From Eledone cirrhosa (lineage: Eukaryota), in the NCBI GenBank assembly GCA_964016885.1, contig CAXHJY010000701.1:19874-83873 (forward strand): DNA of 64,000 bases, read 5' to 3'. The position numbers and the translations under genes are program-made. The notes beneath the pieces were generated by a model. The model was not told the DNA's origin. It saw only the letters and a list, made by a program, of their open reading frames with translations, and searched no databases. Below, piece by piece: positions 28,052-43,905 of this stretch (positions are counted from its first letter, which is position 1; the number at the start of each line of letters is the position of its first letter).

Positions 28052-28162
28052 CAGTTAATCCCACTACAAGAACATATTTAATTATTCATGCCACGTGGAC
28101 TGTATTCCATTATTATATATATTATTTACCACACCTCATTCTGAAATTACATATTTGCATAC

Positions 28163-28275
<113 letters not shown>

Positions 28276-28332
28276 CATATATATACATATAAATAAATAT
28301 ATATATGCATATAAATAATATATATATATATA

Positions 28333-28439
<107 letters not shown>

Positions 28440-28540
28440 ATATATATATATATATTTATATGTGGGAATAAATAGATATATATATATGTATGTAAGTATA
28501 TATATTTATATATATATATATATATACTTATTATTATTAT

Positions 28541-28730
28541 TGGATTGGCAGTATCGCTAGAGGGTCGGACGCCATGCTTTGGTGCATAGAGTTACGACCC
28601 TTGCCATTCTGAGTTCAAATCCCGCCGAGGTTAACTTTGCCTTTCGTCCTTCGGGGGTCGATAAAATAAAGTACTAGTAATGTACTGGGTGATTTGCTGA
28701 CCTTGTGCCTAACGTAGAAACAATTATTAT
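28541..28730 (+). mobile_element. SINE family 1, near full length
   Basis: Same A/B boxes and body as 22781; (TTA)n tail. Confidence 0.9.
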
Positions 28731-28870
28731 TAATATTATTATTATTATTATTACTATATATAAATATATATATATATAACTGTATATATATATACATATA
28801 TACATATATATATATACCTGTATATATATGTGTGTATATATTCATATATATAAATATATGTATATCTATG

Positions 28871-28936
<66 letters not shown>

Positions 28937-29482
28937 CATTTATATACATACATATGTTTATATACACACATATCCTTACCTATATACATATCTCTCTCTC
29001 TCTCTATATATATATATAGATATATATAGTACATCTGTTCTCCCATCGCATTGTTGTTGACGACAACAGTGGTTAAATACACCCTGATAAACACACATAG
29101 ACATACCCACACATATATAATTGTGTATGTGTCTATATGTATTCATGTGTATGTATATATGTATATATAAATATAAGTATATATATGTTTATATATATAT
29201 ATTTATAAACGTGCGTGCTTTATAATATATTTATATATATATATACTCTCACACACATACACACACACATATAATTATGTATATAAATGTATGTATGTTT
29301 GTATATATATATATATATATATATCCAATGGTCAATATATACATATATATATATATATATACATATATATTAATAAATACATATATATATACATATGTAT
29401 GTATATACATATGTATATCTATATACATATGTATATATATAGAGAGAGAGAGAAAGAGATTCACACATAATTATCATAATTA

Positions 29483-29526
<44 letters not shown>

Positions 29527-29594
29527 ATTAAGTCAAATATGTAAAATTTGACTTCCTGTATTACTATATACATATATATATATACATATATATA

Positions 29595-31725
<2,131 letters not shown>

Positions 31726-32756
31726 ATTTATATATATATATATATATATGCATCTATATCTTTGTTTTGTAATATATGCATATCCGATTATGTAAATACA
31801 ATAGAATAATTAGTCATACAGGTTTTCTTTCGTTAAATAAATATTTCTGCATACCTTGCGGTCCTAATACTCTCAGGTATTTTCCTGGATGTGTATCATT
31901 TAACATTTTCCTCACAGAAATACATTCTTAATGACTTTATTTATTTGAAATATTTGCGGCCTAATTTCCTTTTATATTTCGGAATTTCAATTGTTTTGCA
32001 AATGGCCATAAATGAAATCCTAAGCAATTATATCGAGAATTAGTCAGTTTAGCAATTCCAAATCACATATATCTCTAGAGGGAAGGATTTTTACCAAGCC
32101 CTTGCAAATCGTTCGACATTAGTGATACAGTTACAGTTTATTTTTGCCTGAAACATTTACAAATTAGTTGATGCTGGAAAATTACATGGACATGGATGAA
32201 TAAGGAAGGTTTGTTATTTAGTCACCTTCCATTGAAGTCCTAAGCAAGAACGAATTCCACTGATGTCATTTTGCTTTTCATAACGCTGTGCTGTTTGAAA
32301 TAAACGAAAATCATTTATTAAGAACGATTATATAGACTGTATTTCGCTGCTAAACTCTTTCTCATGATACCAATATAATAAACCATTAGTACTACAATTG
32401 TGTATTTCGGGATGTGATTGCATCTAGAACTAGAAGCGACAAAATACCCCCCCCCCCCCATGTAGTTAGATGCTACAGCTCTAATATTGATAGCTACTCT
32501 TTGAATCCGTGTGTGTGTGTGCCGTTGTATGTATATGTTTTGTGTGTATGTGTGTATATTTGTGTGTGAGTGTGAGTGTTTGTTTGTAAGTCTCTGTTTC
32601 TGTCTTAGCACGGGGAAAACAACAACAAAATATTCTATTAATTTGACCTCACTACATGACTGGTACAATATTTTACCAACCATGGGAGGATGGAAGGGAA
32701 AGTTGGCACTAACATGTTTAGAGTTCTAACCGTAAAGTGCGAAACTTAATTACAGG

Positions 32757-34278
32757 AAAGTCTTTGACCATTATAGCAAACTCTTTGACCATTATAGAAA
32801 AGTCTTTGACCATTACAGCAAACTCTTTGACCATTACAGTAAACTCTTTGACCATTACAGCAAACTCTTTGACCATTATAGCAAACTCTTTGACCATTAC
32901 AGTAAACTCTTTGACCATTATAGCAAACTCTTTGACCATTATAGCAAACTCTTTGACCATTACAGCAAACTCTTTGACCATTACAGTAAACTCTTTGACC
33001 ATTATAGCAAACTCTTTGACCATTATAGCAAACTCTTTGACCATTACAGCAAACTCTTTGACCATTACAGCAAACTCTGACTATTACAGTAAACTCTTTG
33101 ACCATTACAGCAAACTCTTTGACCATTACAGCAAACTCTTTGACCATTACAGCAAACTCTTTGACCATTACAGCAAACTCTGACTATTACAGTAAACTCT
33201 TTGACCATTACAGCAAACTCTTTGACCATTACAGCAAAGTCTTTGACCATTACAGTAAACTCTTTGACTATTACAGTAAACTCTTTGACCATTACAGCAA
33301 ACTCTTTGACCATTACAGCAAAGTCTTTGACCATTACACCAAACTCTTTGACCATTACAGCAAACACTTTGACCATTACAGCAAATTATTTGACCATTAC
33401 AGCAAACTCTTTGACCATTATAGCAACCTCTTTGACCATTACAGCAAACTCTTTGACCATTACAGCAAATTATTTGACCATTACAGCAAACTCTTTGACT
33501 ATTATAGTAAACTCTTTGACCATTATAGCAAACTCTTTGACCATTACAGCAAACTCTTTGACCATTACAGCAAACTCTTTGACTATTACAGCAAACTCTT
33601 TGACCATTACAGCAAACTCTTTGACCATTATAGCAAACTCTTTGACCATTACAGCAAACTCTTTGACCATTACAGCAAAGTCTTTGACTATTACAGTAAA
33701 ATCTTTGACAATTACAGCAAATTCTTTGACCATTACAGCAAACTCTTTGACTATTACAGTAAACTCTTTGACCATTATAGAAAACTCTTTGACCATTACA
33801 GCAAACTCTTTGACCATTACAGCAAACTCTTTGACCATTACAGCAAACTCTTTGACCATTACAGCAAACTCTTTGACTATTACAGTAAACTCTTTGACCA
33901 TTATAGTAAACTCTTTGACCATTACAGAAAACTCTTTGACCATTACAGCAAACTCTTTGACCATTACAGCAAACTTTTTTACTATTACAGCAAATTCTTT
34001 GACCATTACAGCAAACTCTTTGACCATTATAGTAAACTATTTGACTATTACAGCAAATTCTTTGACCATTATAGCAAACTCTTTGACCATTACAGCAAAC
34101 TCTTTGACCATTACAGCAAACTCTTTGACCATTACAGCAAACTTTTTTACTATTACAGCAAATTCTTTGACCATTACAGCAAACTCTTTGACCATTATAG
34201 TAAACTATTTGACAATTAAAGCAAATTCTTTGACCATTATAGCAAACTCTTTGACCATTACAGCAAATTCTTTGACCA
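32757..34278. repeat. 21-bp satellite CTCTTTGACCATTACAGCAAA, about 72 copies
   Basis: Homogeneous tandem array; source of the TITANSL / SKLFDHY ORFs. Confidence 0.97.
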
Positions 34279-34334
34279 ATTATTCCTGAGCTATGTTAAG
34301 CCCTGGCCCATTTTTTCTAATGATAATGGTTACA

Positions 34335-34472
34335 GACATAGGCACAAGGCTAACAGTTTGGGGAGAGTGTAATGTTGATTGAATCGACCCAATCTCGTTA
34401 CTGGTACTTTATTTTATTGGCCCCGTCAGGATGAAAAGCAAAGCTACCCTCGGTGGGATTTGAACTCAGAAC
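34335..34472 (-). mobile_element. Diverged SINE family 1
   Basis: AGGCACAAGGC...CTGGTACTTTATTTTATT...GGATTTGAACTCAGAACG. Confidence 0.75.
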
Positions 34473-34728
34473 GTTTTATAGATATACACTTTAGTCGAAC
34501 GTCAACTGTTACATATTGTAAATCTCCAGTTTCATATTCGCAGTAAATATCTTACTCTTTATCTCTGTTTCATACACACATGCGCATGCGCAATGACGTA
34601 CATACAAAGAAGCACACACACATACACACACATTTATAATATATGTATGTGTGCTTGTATGTCTATGTGTATTTGAATGCGGTGCATATATATATATATA
34701 TATATACTAGGAGAGAAAAAATTCAGTT

Positions 34729-34761
<33 letters not shown>

Positions 34762-34807
34762 ATATATCTATGTATATATCTATATCTATATATCTACATA
34801 TGTATGT

Positions 34808-34964
<157 letters not shown>

Positions 34965-35654
34965 CGTGTATATATATATATATGCTGTACAATTCGAAGC
35001 CACAATGACTGATTTATGGAATGTACATCAGACGAAATTACTTTTACCAATGGTGTCAAATTTATACTTTGAAGAATGTGAATATTATTCTATACACTGT
35101 GACAAGTAAGAATAGCCTCTACTTACTAAGATTCTGATATTTAAGTGTATCCTACGTCTGATTTCTTAATCTTGTTTGCTAGGTTAGTTGAGACGGCAAT
35201 TAAAGGATAACGTGATTTAGCTAAATTTAGCCGTCGAACATTCTAGCCCGTGGTATTGAATTGCTAGATTCCTAGACCTTTGTACATAGAATAATCATGT
35301 AGAAATAGAGGCTTATTAATACAACAGTATTTGATATTTATATAATATTTAGTAATATAAGACAACGACGCCATTTTTACTAGACGGAAATTTATATACT
35401 TTCTAACAGTAGATATTCTAAGTTGATATGGTAACTTGGCTCAATTGTAACTTGGCTCAATGATGGTATTTTAACTTAAATAAATTATACTAAGACTAAA
35501 TAAATATACGGAGTCATGACTGTGTGTATTCAGACTCTGAGAGTCTCTTTAGCTAGATTAAATACATAGAGGTATGACTTCATATAATCTGTTTAAAGTT
35601 AGTGCTAACACAGCAAGTTTCAGAATAAAAGAATACGTGCTCCCATATACAATA

Positions 35655-35895
35655 TGTTTGTGTGTGACAGCTCACACCTATGCAGGTTTAGCTGGCCTCG
35701 TAGGAGGTGTTTTGCGTGATTTAATGATAGGGACCCCAGTCTTATCATCTCATTTCTACAGCTGAGTAAACTGGAGCAACGTGAAATAAAGTGTCTCGCT
35801 CAAGGAAACAACACATCATCCGGTCCGAAAATTGAACTCACAACATTTCGATTGCAAGCTCAATGTTCTAACCACTAAGCCATGTACCTTCACAT
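35655..35895 (-). mobile_element. SINE family 2-like copy
   Basis: CTGGAGCAACGTGAAATAAAGTGTCTCGCTCAAGG...TTGAACTC...TAACCACTAAGCCA. Confidence 0.75.
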
Positions 35896-36355
35896 AATAA
35901 ACATATATCTAATCTCGCTGTGAGTATTAAGTTACTTTGAGTAGTTAACATATCACAGCTACTTCAGCAACCAGGGTAAGAACTGTGGATGCATGTCAAT
36001 TATTGTACATATCAGGATGTTGCACTCACTCACATGTGCTGAACTCTGGAAGATAATAACTCTTTATAGATAGAACTTTATGTACAATATTCAATAACAG
36101 CACCAAGTGTGTGGGACCTGTTAGAAGCCGAAATACTCAGAGTGAGTTATGATGTATTGTATGGTTAATATATATAAAATATATATAAAAATAAACTTAT
36201 TTGAGTTCATATACACCTTTACTCCGTATAATCTTTATACTCGACATCAAGGCTGTTTTAATAATACAAGGCAACAAATGTGGCATTTGAAAACAGTTGG
36301 AGCCCATTACTCTCCATGTCAGAACTGTACCGATTTCTTAGAGAGAGACAGAGTG

Positions 36356-36432
<77 letters not shown>

Positions 36433-36552
36433 GATAGAAATAGAGTGAGAATGTGTGTGTGTGTATGAGAGAGAGAGAGTGAGATAGAGAGACAGAGGGA
36501 GACAGAGGGACACAGAGGGAGATAGCAATAGAGAGAGAATGTGTCTGTGTGT

Positions 36553-36613
<61 letters not shown>

Positions 36614-36661
36614 GGAGATAGCGATAGAGAGAGAATGTGTCTGTGTGTATATCAGAGAGAG

Positions 36662-36714
<53 letters not shown>

Positions 36715-37075
36715 TAGCGATAGAGAGAGAATGTGTCTGTGTGTGTATATCAGAGAGAGAGAGAGCGAGAGAGAGAGAGAGAGAGGGGGGGGGGTTAAAT
36801 GAAATGATAAATACAAAGTTGACCTCGTCATTATTTGAACTCAGAACACACTGAACCAGAGCAAATCCTGCGACTCTCTTGATCCGACGTCTCTAACAAA
36901 TTCGCCAGTTCTCTGCATAAAACCCGCAATATATTTTAACCCTTTATCATTTAAACCGGCCATATCCGGCCAGGATTTTCTCACCTCTTTCTGTTCAAAC
37001 TGGCCATGACCGGCTGCTTATACTTATGTTAAGGTATTGTTCTAAAAATAAATAATATTAAAATCTCATAGATTC

Positions 37076-37586
37076 GATATTATGTGAGGTAATTATGTGA
37101 GGTAAAGCCTTCACCGTGAAAATACAATAATAAATATAGAGTAATGTAGATATTATGTGAGGTAATTATGTGAGGTAAAGCCTTCACCGTGAAAATACAA
37201 TAATAAATATAGAGTAATGTAGATATTATGTGAGGTAATTATGTGAGGTAAAGCCTTCACCGTGAAAATAAAATAATATATATAGAGTAATGTAGATATT
37301 ATGTGAGGTAATTATGTGAGGTAAAGCCTTCACCGTGAAAATACAATAATAAATATAGAGTAATGCAGATATTATGTGAGGTAATTATGTAAGGTAAAGC
37401 CTTCACCATGAAAATACAATAATAAATATAGAGTAATGTAGATATTATGTGAGGTAATTATGTGAGGTAAAGGCTTCACCGTGAAAATACAATAATAAAT
37501 ATAGAGTAATGTAGATATTATGTGAGGTAATTACGTGAGGTAAAGCCTTCACCGTGAAAATACAATAATAAATATAGAGTAATGTA
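37076..37586. repeat. 73-bp minisatellite, 7 copies
   Basis: GATATTATGTGAGGTAATTATGTGAGGTAAAGCCTTCACCGTGAAAATACAATAATAAATATAGAGTAATGTA at 37076, 37149, ... Confidence 0.97.
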
Positions 37587-37889
37587 AATGCTAGAAGGCT
37601 AACACAGAAAATTTTTAAATGTCGGCAAGTTACAGCTGGAATAGATTTGATCATAGGTGTACCAACCAGATCAGTGCTGACTCCGGGTTAAACAACAATA
37701 ACGCTAACATCAACAAGAAGAAGAACAACAACAACAGCTGCACTATCAAGTAGACAATCATAGTTTGACCCTCCTAATGATGTTCAATGATAGAGGAGGG
37801 CCAATTATCCACACATCAGCAATGAAATGTAAATAACAACTTCAAGATGATGTTGTCAGTGAAGTCATCAATTAACATCAATCTTCGTG

Positions 37890-38570
37890 TTAACAACAAC
37901 AACAACAGCAACAGCAACAACAATAACAACAACAACAACAGTACCAACAACAATAACAGCACCAACAACAATAACAGCGACAGCAATATCGACAACCACA
38001 ACAACGACAACAACAACAGCAACAGTAACAGCAACGGCAACGACAGCACCAACAACAATAACAGCGACAGCAATATCGACAACCACAACAACGACAACAA
38101 CAACAACAGTAACAGTAACAGTAACGGCAACGACAACACCAACAACAATAACAGCGACAGCAATATCGACAACCACAACAACGACAACAAAAACAACAAC
38201 AGTAACAGTAACAAAGATAACAACACCAACAACGACAACAGCAACAACAGTAACGATGACAACAACAACAACAACAACAACAACAACACTGACAACAAGA
38301 ACGATGACAACAACAACGACAACAGCAACAGCAACAAGGACGACAGCAACAACAACAACAACAACAACAACAACAAAAACAGCAGCAACAGTAATGACGA
38401 CAACAGTAACAACAATGACAAAAACAACAGCAACAACAACAACGACAACAAAAATAACAGCAACAGCAACGACATCATGAAGAAGAAGAAGAAGAAGAAG
38501 AAGAAGAAGAAGAAGAAGAAGAAGAAGAAGAAGAAGAACAACAACAACAACAACAACAATAACAACAAGA
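37890..38570. repeat. Cryptic (AAC)n tract with internal block duplications, then (AAG)n
   Basis: AACAGCGACAGCAATATCGACAACCAC block repeated three times. Confidence 0.9.
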
Positions 38571-38998
38571 TTACAACCCTATTAATCATATGTCGTTGAA
38601 GCTACCCTCACAAATTCCGATATTTTATTTTACGAGACGTCCATTTTGTTTTAGTCATAACTAACGGACGAAAGAGGCCATACTGGAGCGTAGCCTAAAC
38701 TAATATTGAACGAATGAAATGTAAATAATAGTTTCAGTTGACATTGACGATAAAGCCTAAATTTACACACCATACGGCATACACATCTACACTATATCTT
38801 CGTTGTGTGATATTTATTAACTTTCTTTCCACAATTCACTCCTACCACAGTTGCGGAATTTTATAATGACACGGCAAATATGAATACATACTTCACATTG
38901 GCTTGAAATATGACAAATATTTCTATTGTAATATATTGCTTTGTTCCCACGTCACCGTTTATTAATTTCTCGATTGATTTAAATGTTTATCCGTCCAC

Positions 38999-39061
<63 letters not shown>

Positions 39062-39114
39062 CCCCCTTTGTATTTGTCCCCTTCTTTTGTGCCCCTGTGG
39101 CTAAAAAAGAAACA

Positions 39115-39196
<82 letters not shown>

Positions 39197-39224
39197 CCTA
39201 TCTATATATCTATATATCTATCTA

Positions 39225-39374
39225 TGGACACACTGGTAGAGGAAGACCGAGGTTAACATATGTTGATGCCCTAAGGACAGACACTGGTCTCTTGGAGAAG
39301 CAGGGCATGGCAGCGATAATGAGGGACAGAGACCGCTGGAGAGAACTCGTCCATGGATCTAGGGAATTTTATCC

Positions 39375-39375
<1 letters not shown>
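39225..39375 (+). pseudogene. RTE-like LINE C-terminal fragment
   Basis: GHTGRGRPRLTYVDALRTDTGLLEKQGMAAIMRDRDRWRELVHGSR matches the RGRP..TY.D.L..DTG...M.DR..WR tail; lies between (TATC)n and (TA)n. Confidence 0.75.
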
Positions 39376-39419
<44 letters not shown>

Positions 39420-39564
39420 TCTTTTATTTTATTATCAATGGGTGATAATACCTTACGCGGACATGGGAGTGATAACAGCTGAGGGATAACTCCACATTCC
39501 CCACAGCTCCTGAACTCCCGAACTGGAGCCTTTCCACTGGAAGCAGTTTAATGTCATACCAAGG

Positions 39565-39595
<31 letters not shown>

Positions 39596-39600
39596 AATAT

Positions 39601-39696
<96 letters not shown>

Positions 39697-39918
39697 GGAG
39701 AGAAAGAGAGGGAGAGGGAGAGGCATATATAGGTTTATATATATATCAGAGTGTAGGGATAATGTCCAATAATTGGAATATATCTAAAACCAATGTCCAT
39801 TTATAAATACGTATATCAGGCGTAGAGCCATTATCAGCTATATTGACATTCTCGTACTTATATACACATACACAATTCACACGCACACACACACACACAC
39901 ATACACAATTCACACACA

Positions 39919-39965
<47 letters not shown>

Positions 39966-40227
39966 GTATATATATATTTATTTATATATCTATATATATA
40001 TTTATACAAGCGTGCATACACAAACATTGGCAAAGGTATACAGGAACAAAATATTGATGCGAATTTAGCGTCCCAGAGATCGATAGATGGATGGATAGGT
40101 TTATAGAAAACTACAAAAAACAAGGAGGGGTGGGGGACACAAAGAAAATAACAAAGCTTTTAATGTGAAACAGACACACCAATTTAGAGAGGAGAGGTGG
40201 GAGAGGGAATTTGTATGAAATAAAGTG

Positions 40228-40277
<50 letters not shown>

Positions 40278-40425
40278 TCCATCGTAACTAAAAGCAACGA
40301 TTGTTGAGAGGTTTCTCTTGCTTACACCTCTTTTAACCTAAACAATCTTTTCCGAACATATATATATATATATATATATATAACCACGCCCTTTTCTTTA
40401 TATATATATATAACCACGCCCTTTT

Positions 40426-40493
<68 letters not shown>

Positions 40494-40496
40494 GAG

Positions 40497-40973
40497 AATA
40501 AATTCAAGGTGAAAGACGAATTCACATCAATATCTTTCACTATTGCATTCTTTTTTCTATGTCCATACCTGCATTGTCTTGGCCTTATTACACATATTCT
40601 AACGTTTATATATATACGCTGGACTGAGACCTTTACTTCCCTCCGAAGAAGAGATATTATCTCGAAAATTAAGGACATTTAAATAAATTCAAGGTGAAAG
40701 ACGAATTCACATCAATATCTTTCACTATTGCATTCTTTTTTCTATGTCCATACCTGCATTGTCTTGGCCTTATTACACATATTCTAACGTTTATATATAT
40801 ACGCTGGACTGAGACCTTTACTTCCCTCCGAAGAAGAGATATTATCTCGAAAATTAAGGACATTTAAATAAATTCAAGGTGAAAGACGAATTCACATCAA
40901 TATCTTTCACTATTGCATTCTTTTTTCTATGTCCATATCTGCATTGTCTTGGCCTTATTACACATATTCTAAC

Positions 40974-40978
<5 letters not shown>
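40497..40978 (+). mobile_element. 185-bp tandem array (2.6 units), one minimal HHR per complete unit
   Basis: AATTCAAGGT at 40501, 40686 and 40871; CCT CCGAAGA A GAGAT att ATCTC GAAA AT TA AGG at 40640-40674 and 40825-40859; (TA)n on both sides. Confidence 0.8.
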
Positions 40979-41026
<48 letters not shown>

Positions 41027-41032
<6 letters not shown>

Positions 41033-41270
41033 TATAAAATTAACAAAGAAGCCTTTAATACATTAAAAATCTTTAATTGCTCATCAGAGCTAATTAATGG
41101 GACGAAACATTGTCAGCAAATAAAGATTTTTAATGTATTAAAGGCTTCTTTGTTAATTTTATATAATTTTTTCGGCTCTGTTTGATAACATTGAGCTATA
41201 TCTTATACTGTCATTTCTCTAATACGACGAGTGTGTTTAACTCTAATGCACTCAAGTATTTTTATCTTAT
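41027..41270 (+). mobile_element. Fold-back module with rearranged HHR at its axis
   Basis: About 52-bp near-perfect arms flank CATCAGAGCTAATTAATGGGAC GAAAC att GTC; TCATCAG (41081-41087) is an inverted CTGATGA. Confidence 0.7.
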
Positions 41271-41298
41271 ATATATATATATATAACCACGTCCTTTT

Positions 41299-41366
<68 letters not shown>

Positions 41367-41415
41367 CATTCTTTAAGGGTATGTCAATATTTATTTATAA
41401 AACTGCTCTATATTA

Positions 41416-41480
41416 TATTTTATCTGATGAAAGCACACCATAATTTAACTTGGTGTCCTTGAAATATGTATAATGAAATA
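41416..41480 (+). ncRNA. Type I hammerhead ribozyme (family D2)
   Basis: TATTTTAT CTGATGA (41424-41430) AAGcACACCA taatttaact TGGTGTcCTT GAAA TATGTA TA ATGAAATA. Confidence 0.75.
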
Positions 41481-41608
41481 AATATGGTTTTATAAATTTA
41501 GTTTCCATTTGTTAATATATCGTATTTTTACTCCAATTATTTGTTGAGTGCTTTATATCAGTTATAAAAGTATTTGCTTGTTGTATCCCAACAATATAAA
41601 TAGAAATT

Positions 41609-41639
<31 letters not shown>

Positions 41640-41641
<2 letters not shown>

Positions 41642-41932
41642 TTAAAATAACAGATTAAAGTTTAAGCAAAGAATCGCTGCTTTCACCCTTAACGGGATCT
41701 TCTGAAACTAAAAAAGTAAATCTGTGAATTTTTGAAATATTTACTTCTGCGTTCACAGATTGACTTTTTTAGTTTCAGAAGATCCCGTTAAGGGTGAAAG
41801 CAGCGATTCTTTGCTTAAACTTTAATCTGTTATTTTAATAAATATTTGCTCTACGGTTCTTATATATCTGATATATATTTATCCTTCTCGAGCCGTCTTT
41901 GGATTTTAGTCTTAAAATTTATTATTATTACT
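41640..41932 (+). mobile_element. Family E fold-back module with two head-to-head U4A HHRs
   Basis: 41771-41821 AGTTT CAGAAGA TCCC gttaa GGGT GAA AGCA gcgattctt TGCT T AAACT; identical inverted copy at 41659-41709. Confidence 0.75.
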
Positions 41933-42121
41933 ATATATATATATATATATATGGAACTCCTTTAACCATCTTTTGATCTTATATTATATATATATATAAA
42001 TACGTTCTTTTATTCTTTAAGTTTATCATATTATTTGTGGTATATAAACATTGAGATTTGATGAAATAAATAACTACCAATACTGGAATTGAATAATCAA
42101 GACCGTAGCGGTATGTCCTAT

Positions 42122-42208
42122 ATCAAATCATATATTTTGTCTGATGAGACGTACTGAAAAAACAACACAGTACCTCTGAAATATATATAATAAAGTATAT
42201 ATTTTGAT
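42122..42208 (+). ncRNA. Type I hammerhead ribozyme (family D1, module 42050-42245)
   Basis: ATATATTTTGT CTGATGA (42141-42147) GAcGTACTG loop CAGTACcTCt GAAA TATATA TA ATAAAGTATAT. Confidence 0.75.
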
Positions 42209-42240
42209 TCTGAGAATATGTTTCATTTGTTAATATTTTG

Positions 42241-42270
<30 letters not shown>

Positions 42271-42271
<1 letters not shown>

Positions 42272-42456
42272 AAGAAAAAAAGATGAAATCGAAAATGCAA
42301 CTGGAGTCTTATTTAAAAAAAAACAACATATATTTATTTGGTTCCATTAGCGGTTTCGCAGTTCTTCTGCTTTTCATAATTAGAGTTGAGATGGAGGGTC
42401 TGTGGTTTTTCTCACATGTGAGAAAAACCACAGACCCTCCATCTCAACTCTACTTT

Positions 42457-42458
<2 letters not shown>
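42271..42458 (-). mobile_element. Family B fold-back module
   Basis: Axis TTTTTCTCACATGTGAGAAAAA near 42415. Confidence 0.8.
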
Positions 42459-42496
<38 letters not shown>

Positions 42497-42877
42497 AATG
42501 AAAGTTTGGTAAAATCGAAGTGTGTATGTGTGTATGGGTATGTGTGTGTGTGTATAAACAAAAGCATTAACCAGAGACAAAACCAGACATACTAAGCCTA
42601 AATCAGTCACTACCAGACAGATTGGTAGATTAGTAGAATTAGCTCTTAATTCCTCTAATTTATCGCTATACAAATATGATAATTATCAATATCTTAAGCT
42701 TGTCACCTTCTCATTCCTGTCTCTCTCTCTCACCCTCTCTCCCTCGCTCTCACTCTCTATCTCTCTCATGAATTTCATTGTAACTCTCTAATCTACTTCC
42801 TTGTATATCCCTCTCATTCTCTCGTTTTCTCCCTCATACATTTCTTTAAGACAGACACACACACACATACACACACA

Positions 42878-42920
<43 letters not shown>

Positions 42921-42997
42921 TCATCACTTCCTCACGTTCTTTGTATGTCGTTCTCTCTCTCTCTCTCTTTTACTCTTTTATATATATATTCCTTTTC

Positions 42998-43162
42998 GAT
43001 CGACTTTCGTCAAATTGGACCGAAGAAACAATGCTTCCGTTGGTCTTTCCAATTGCTAAAACCCTCTATCGTTCGCAAGTCGAGGTAGAAGGAGCAACGT
43101 GAAATAAAGTGTCTTGCTCAAGGACATAACACATCGCCCGGTCCAGGAATCGAACCGAAAAC

Positions 43163-43165
<3 letters not shown>
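42998..43165 (-). mobile_element. SINE family 2, 5'-truncated
   Basis: Reverse complement of about 17925-18092. Confidence 0.85.
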
Positions 43166-43199
<34 letters not shown>

Positions 43200-43216
43200 C
43201 ATTTATAAAAAAAAAA

Positions 43217-43500
43217 CATTTTGAGCCACTTTTTTTAAGTGAAAATGAGAATAAGGAACCCTTAAACGCGAACTGGCGCGAAGGTTGATGTGGTTGTCAT
43301 CAACGTGACTGTCATCAACCAACCAAATTTCACTTATATATGAAAAGACATTTTGAGCCCCTTTTTTTTAAAAGGCACATACAATAAGAACTTCGTTTAC
43401 GCGAACTGGCGCGAAATTTATCATACTTATTCACGTGACAATCCTCACCCAACCAAATTAATTTTTTAAAAATTTACCAATTCGAGCCACTTTTTTCCAC
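43217..43500. repeat. Diverged 133-bp tandem duplication
   Basis: ACATTTTGAGCC..TTTTTT and ACGCGAACTGGCGCGAA (43266, 43399) recur. Confidence 0.8.
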
Positions 43501-43523
43501 ATACAACAGAAGTAACACCAACC

Positions 43524-43710
43524 AGATGCGAGAAAAACCACAAACCCTCCATCTCAATTCTACTTCCGAAAAGCATAAGAACTGTGAAACCGGTAAAGGA
43601 AACAATTAAATATTCTTGAAAAGACTCCAGTTGCATTTTCGATTCTTTTTATTTATACTTTCAATTGTGTTGCACATCTCGTTTTTTTATTAAAAAAAAA
43701 CCTTCATTTT

Positions 43711-43763
<53 letters not shown>

Positions 43764-43905
43764 GATCCCGTAAAGGGTGAAAGCAGCGATTCTTTCCTTA
43801 AACTTTAATCTGTTATTTAAAATAAATATTTGCTCTACGATTCTTATATATTTGATATATATTTATCCTTATCGAGCGCTCTTTGGATTTTAGTCTTCAA
43901 ATTTA
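43524..43905 (+). mobile_element. Diverged family B module, then 5'-truncated family E module
   Basis: B at 43524-43712; E from AAGATCCCGTAAAGGGTGAAAGCAGCG (43762), truncated within the HHR core. Confidence 0.75.

Noticed and set aside
33098-34289. 373-aa and 362-aa heptad-repeat ORFs
   Set aside because: Product of the 21-bp satellite; open in several frames on both strands and broken by 19-bp units
37076-37586. CRISPR-like appearance of regular repeats (also 8664-9380 and 62385-62720)
   Set aside because: No unique spacers, no cas genes, and a eukaryotic context; these are plain minisatellites
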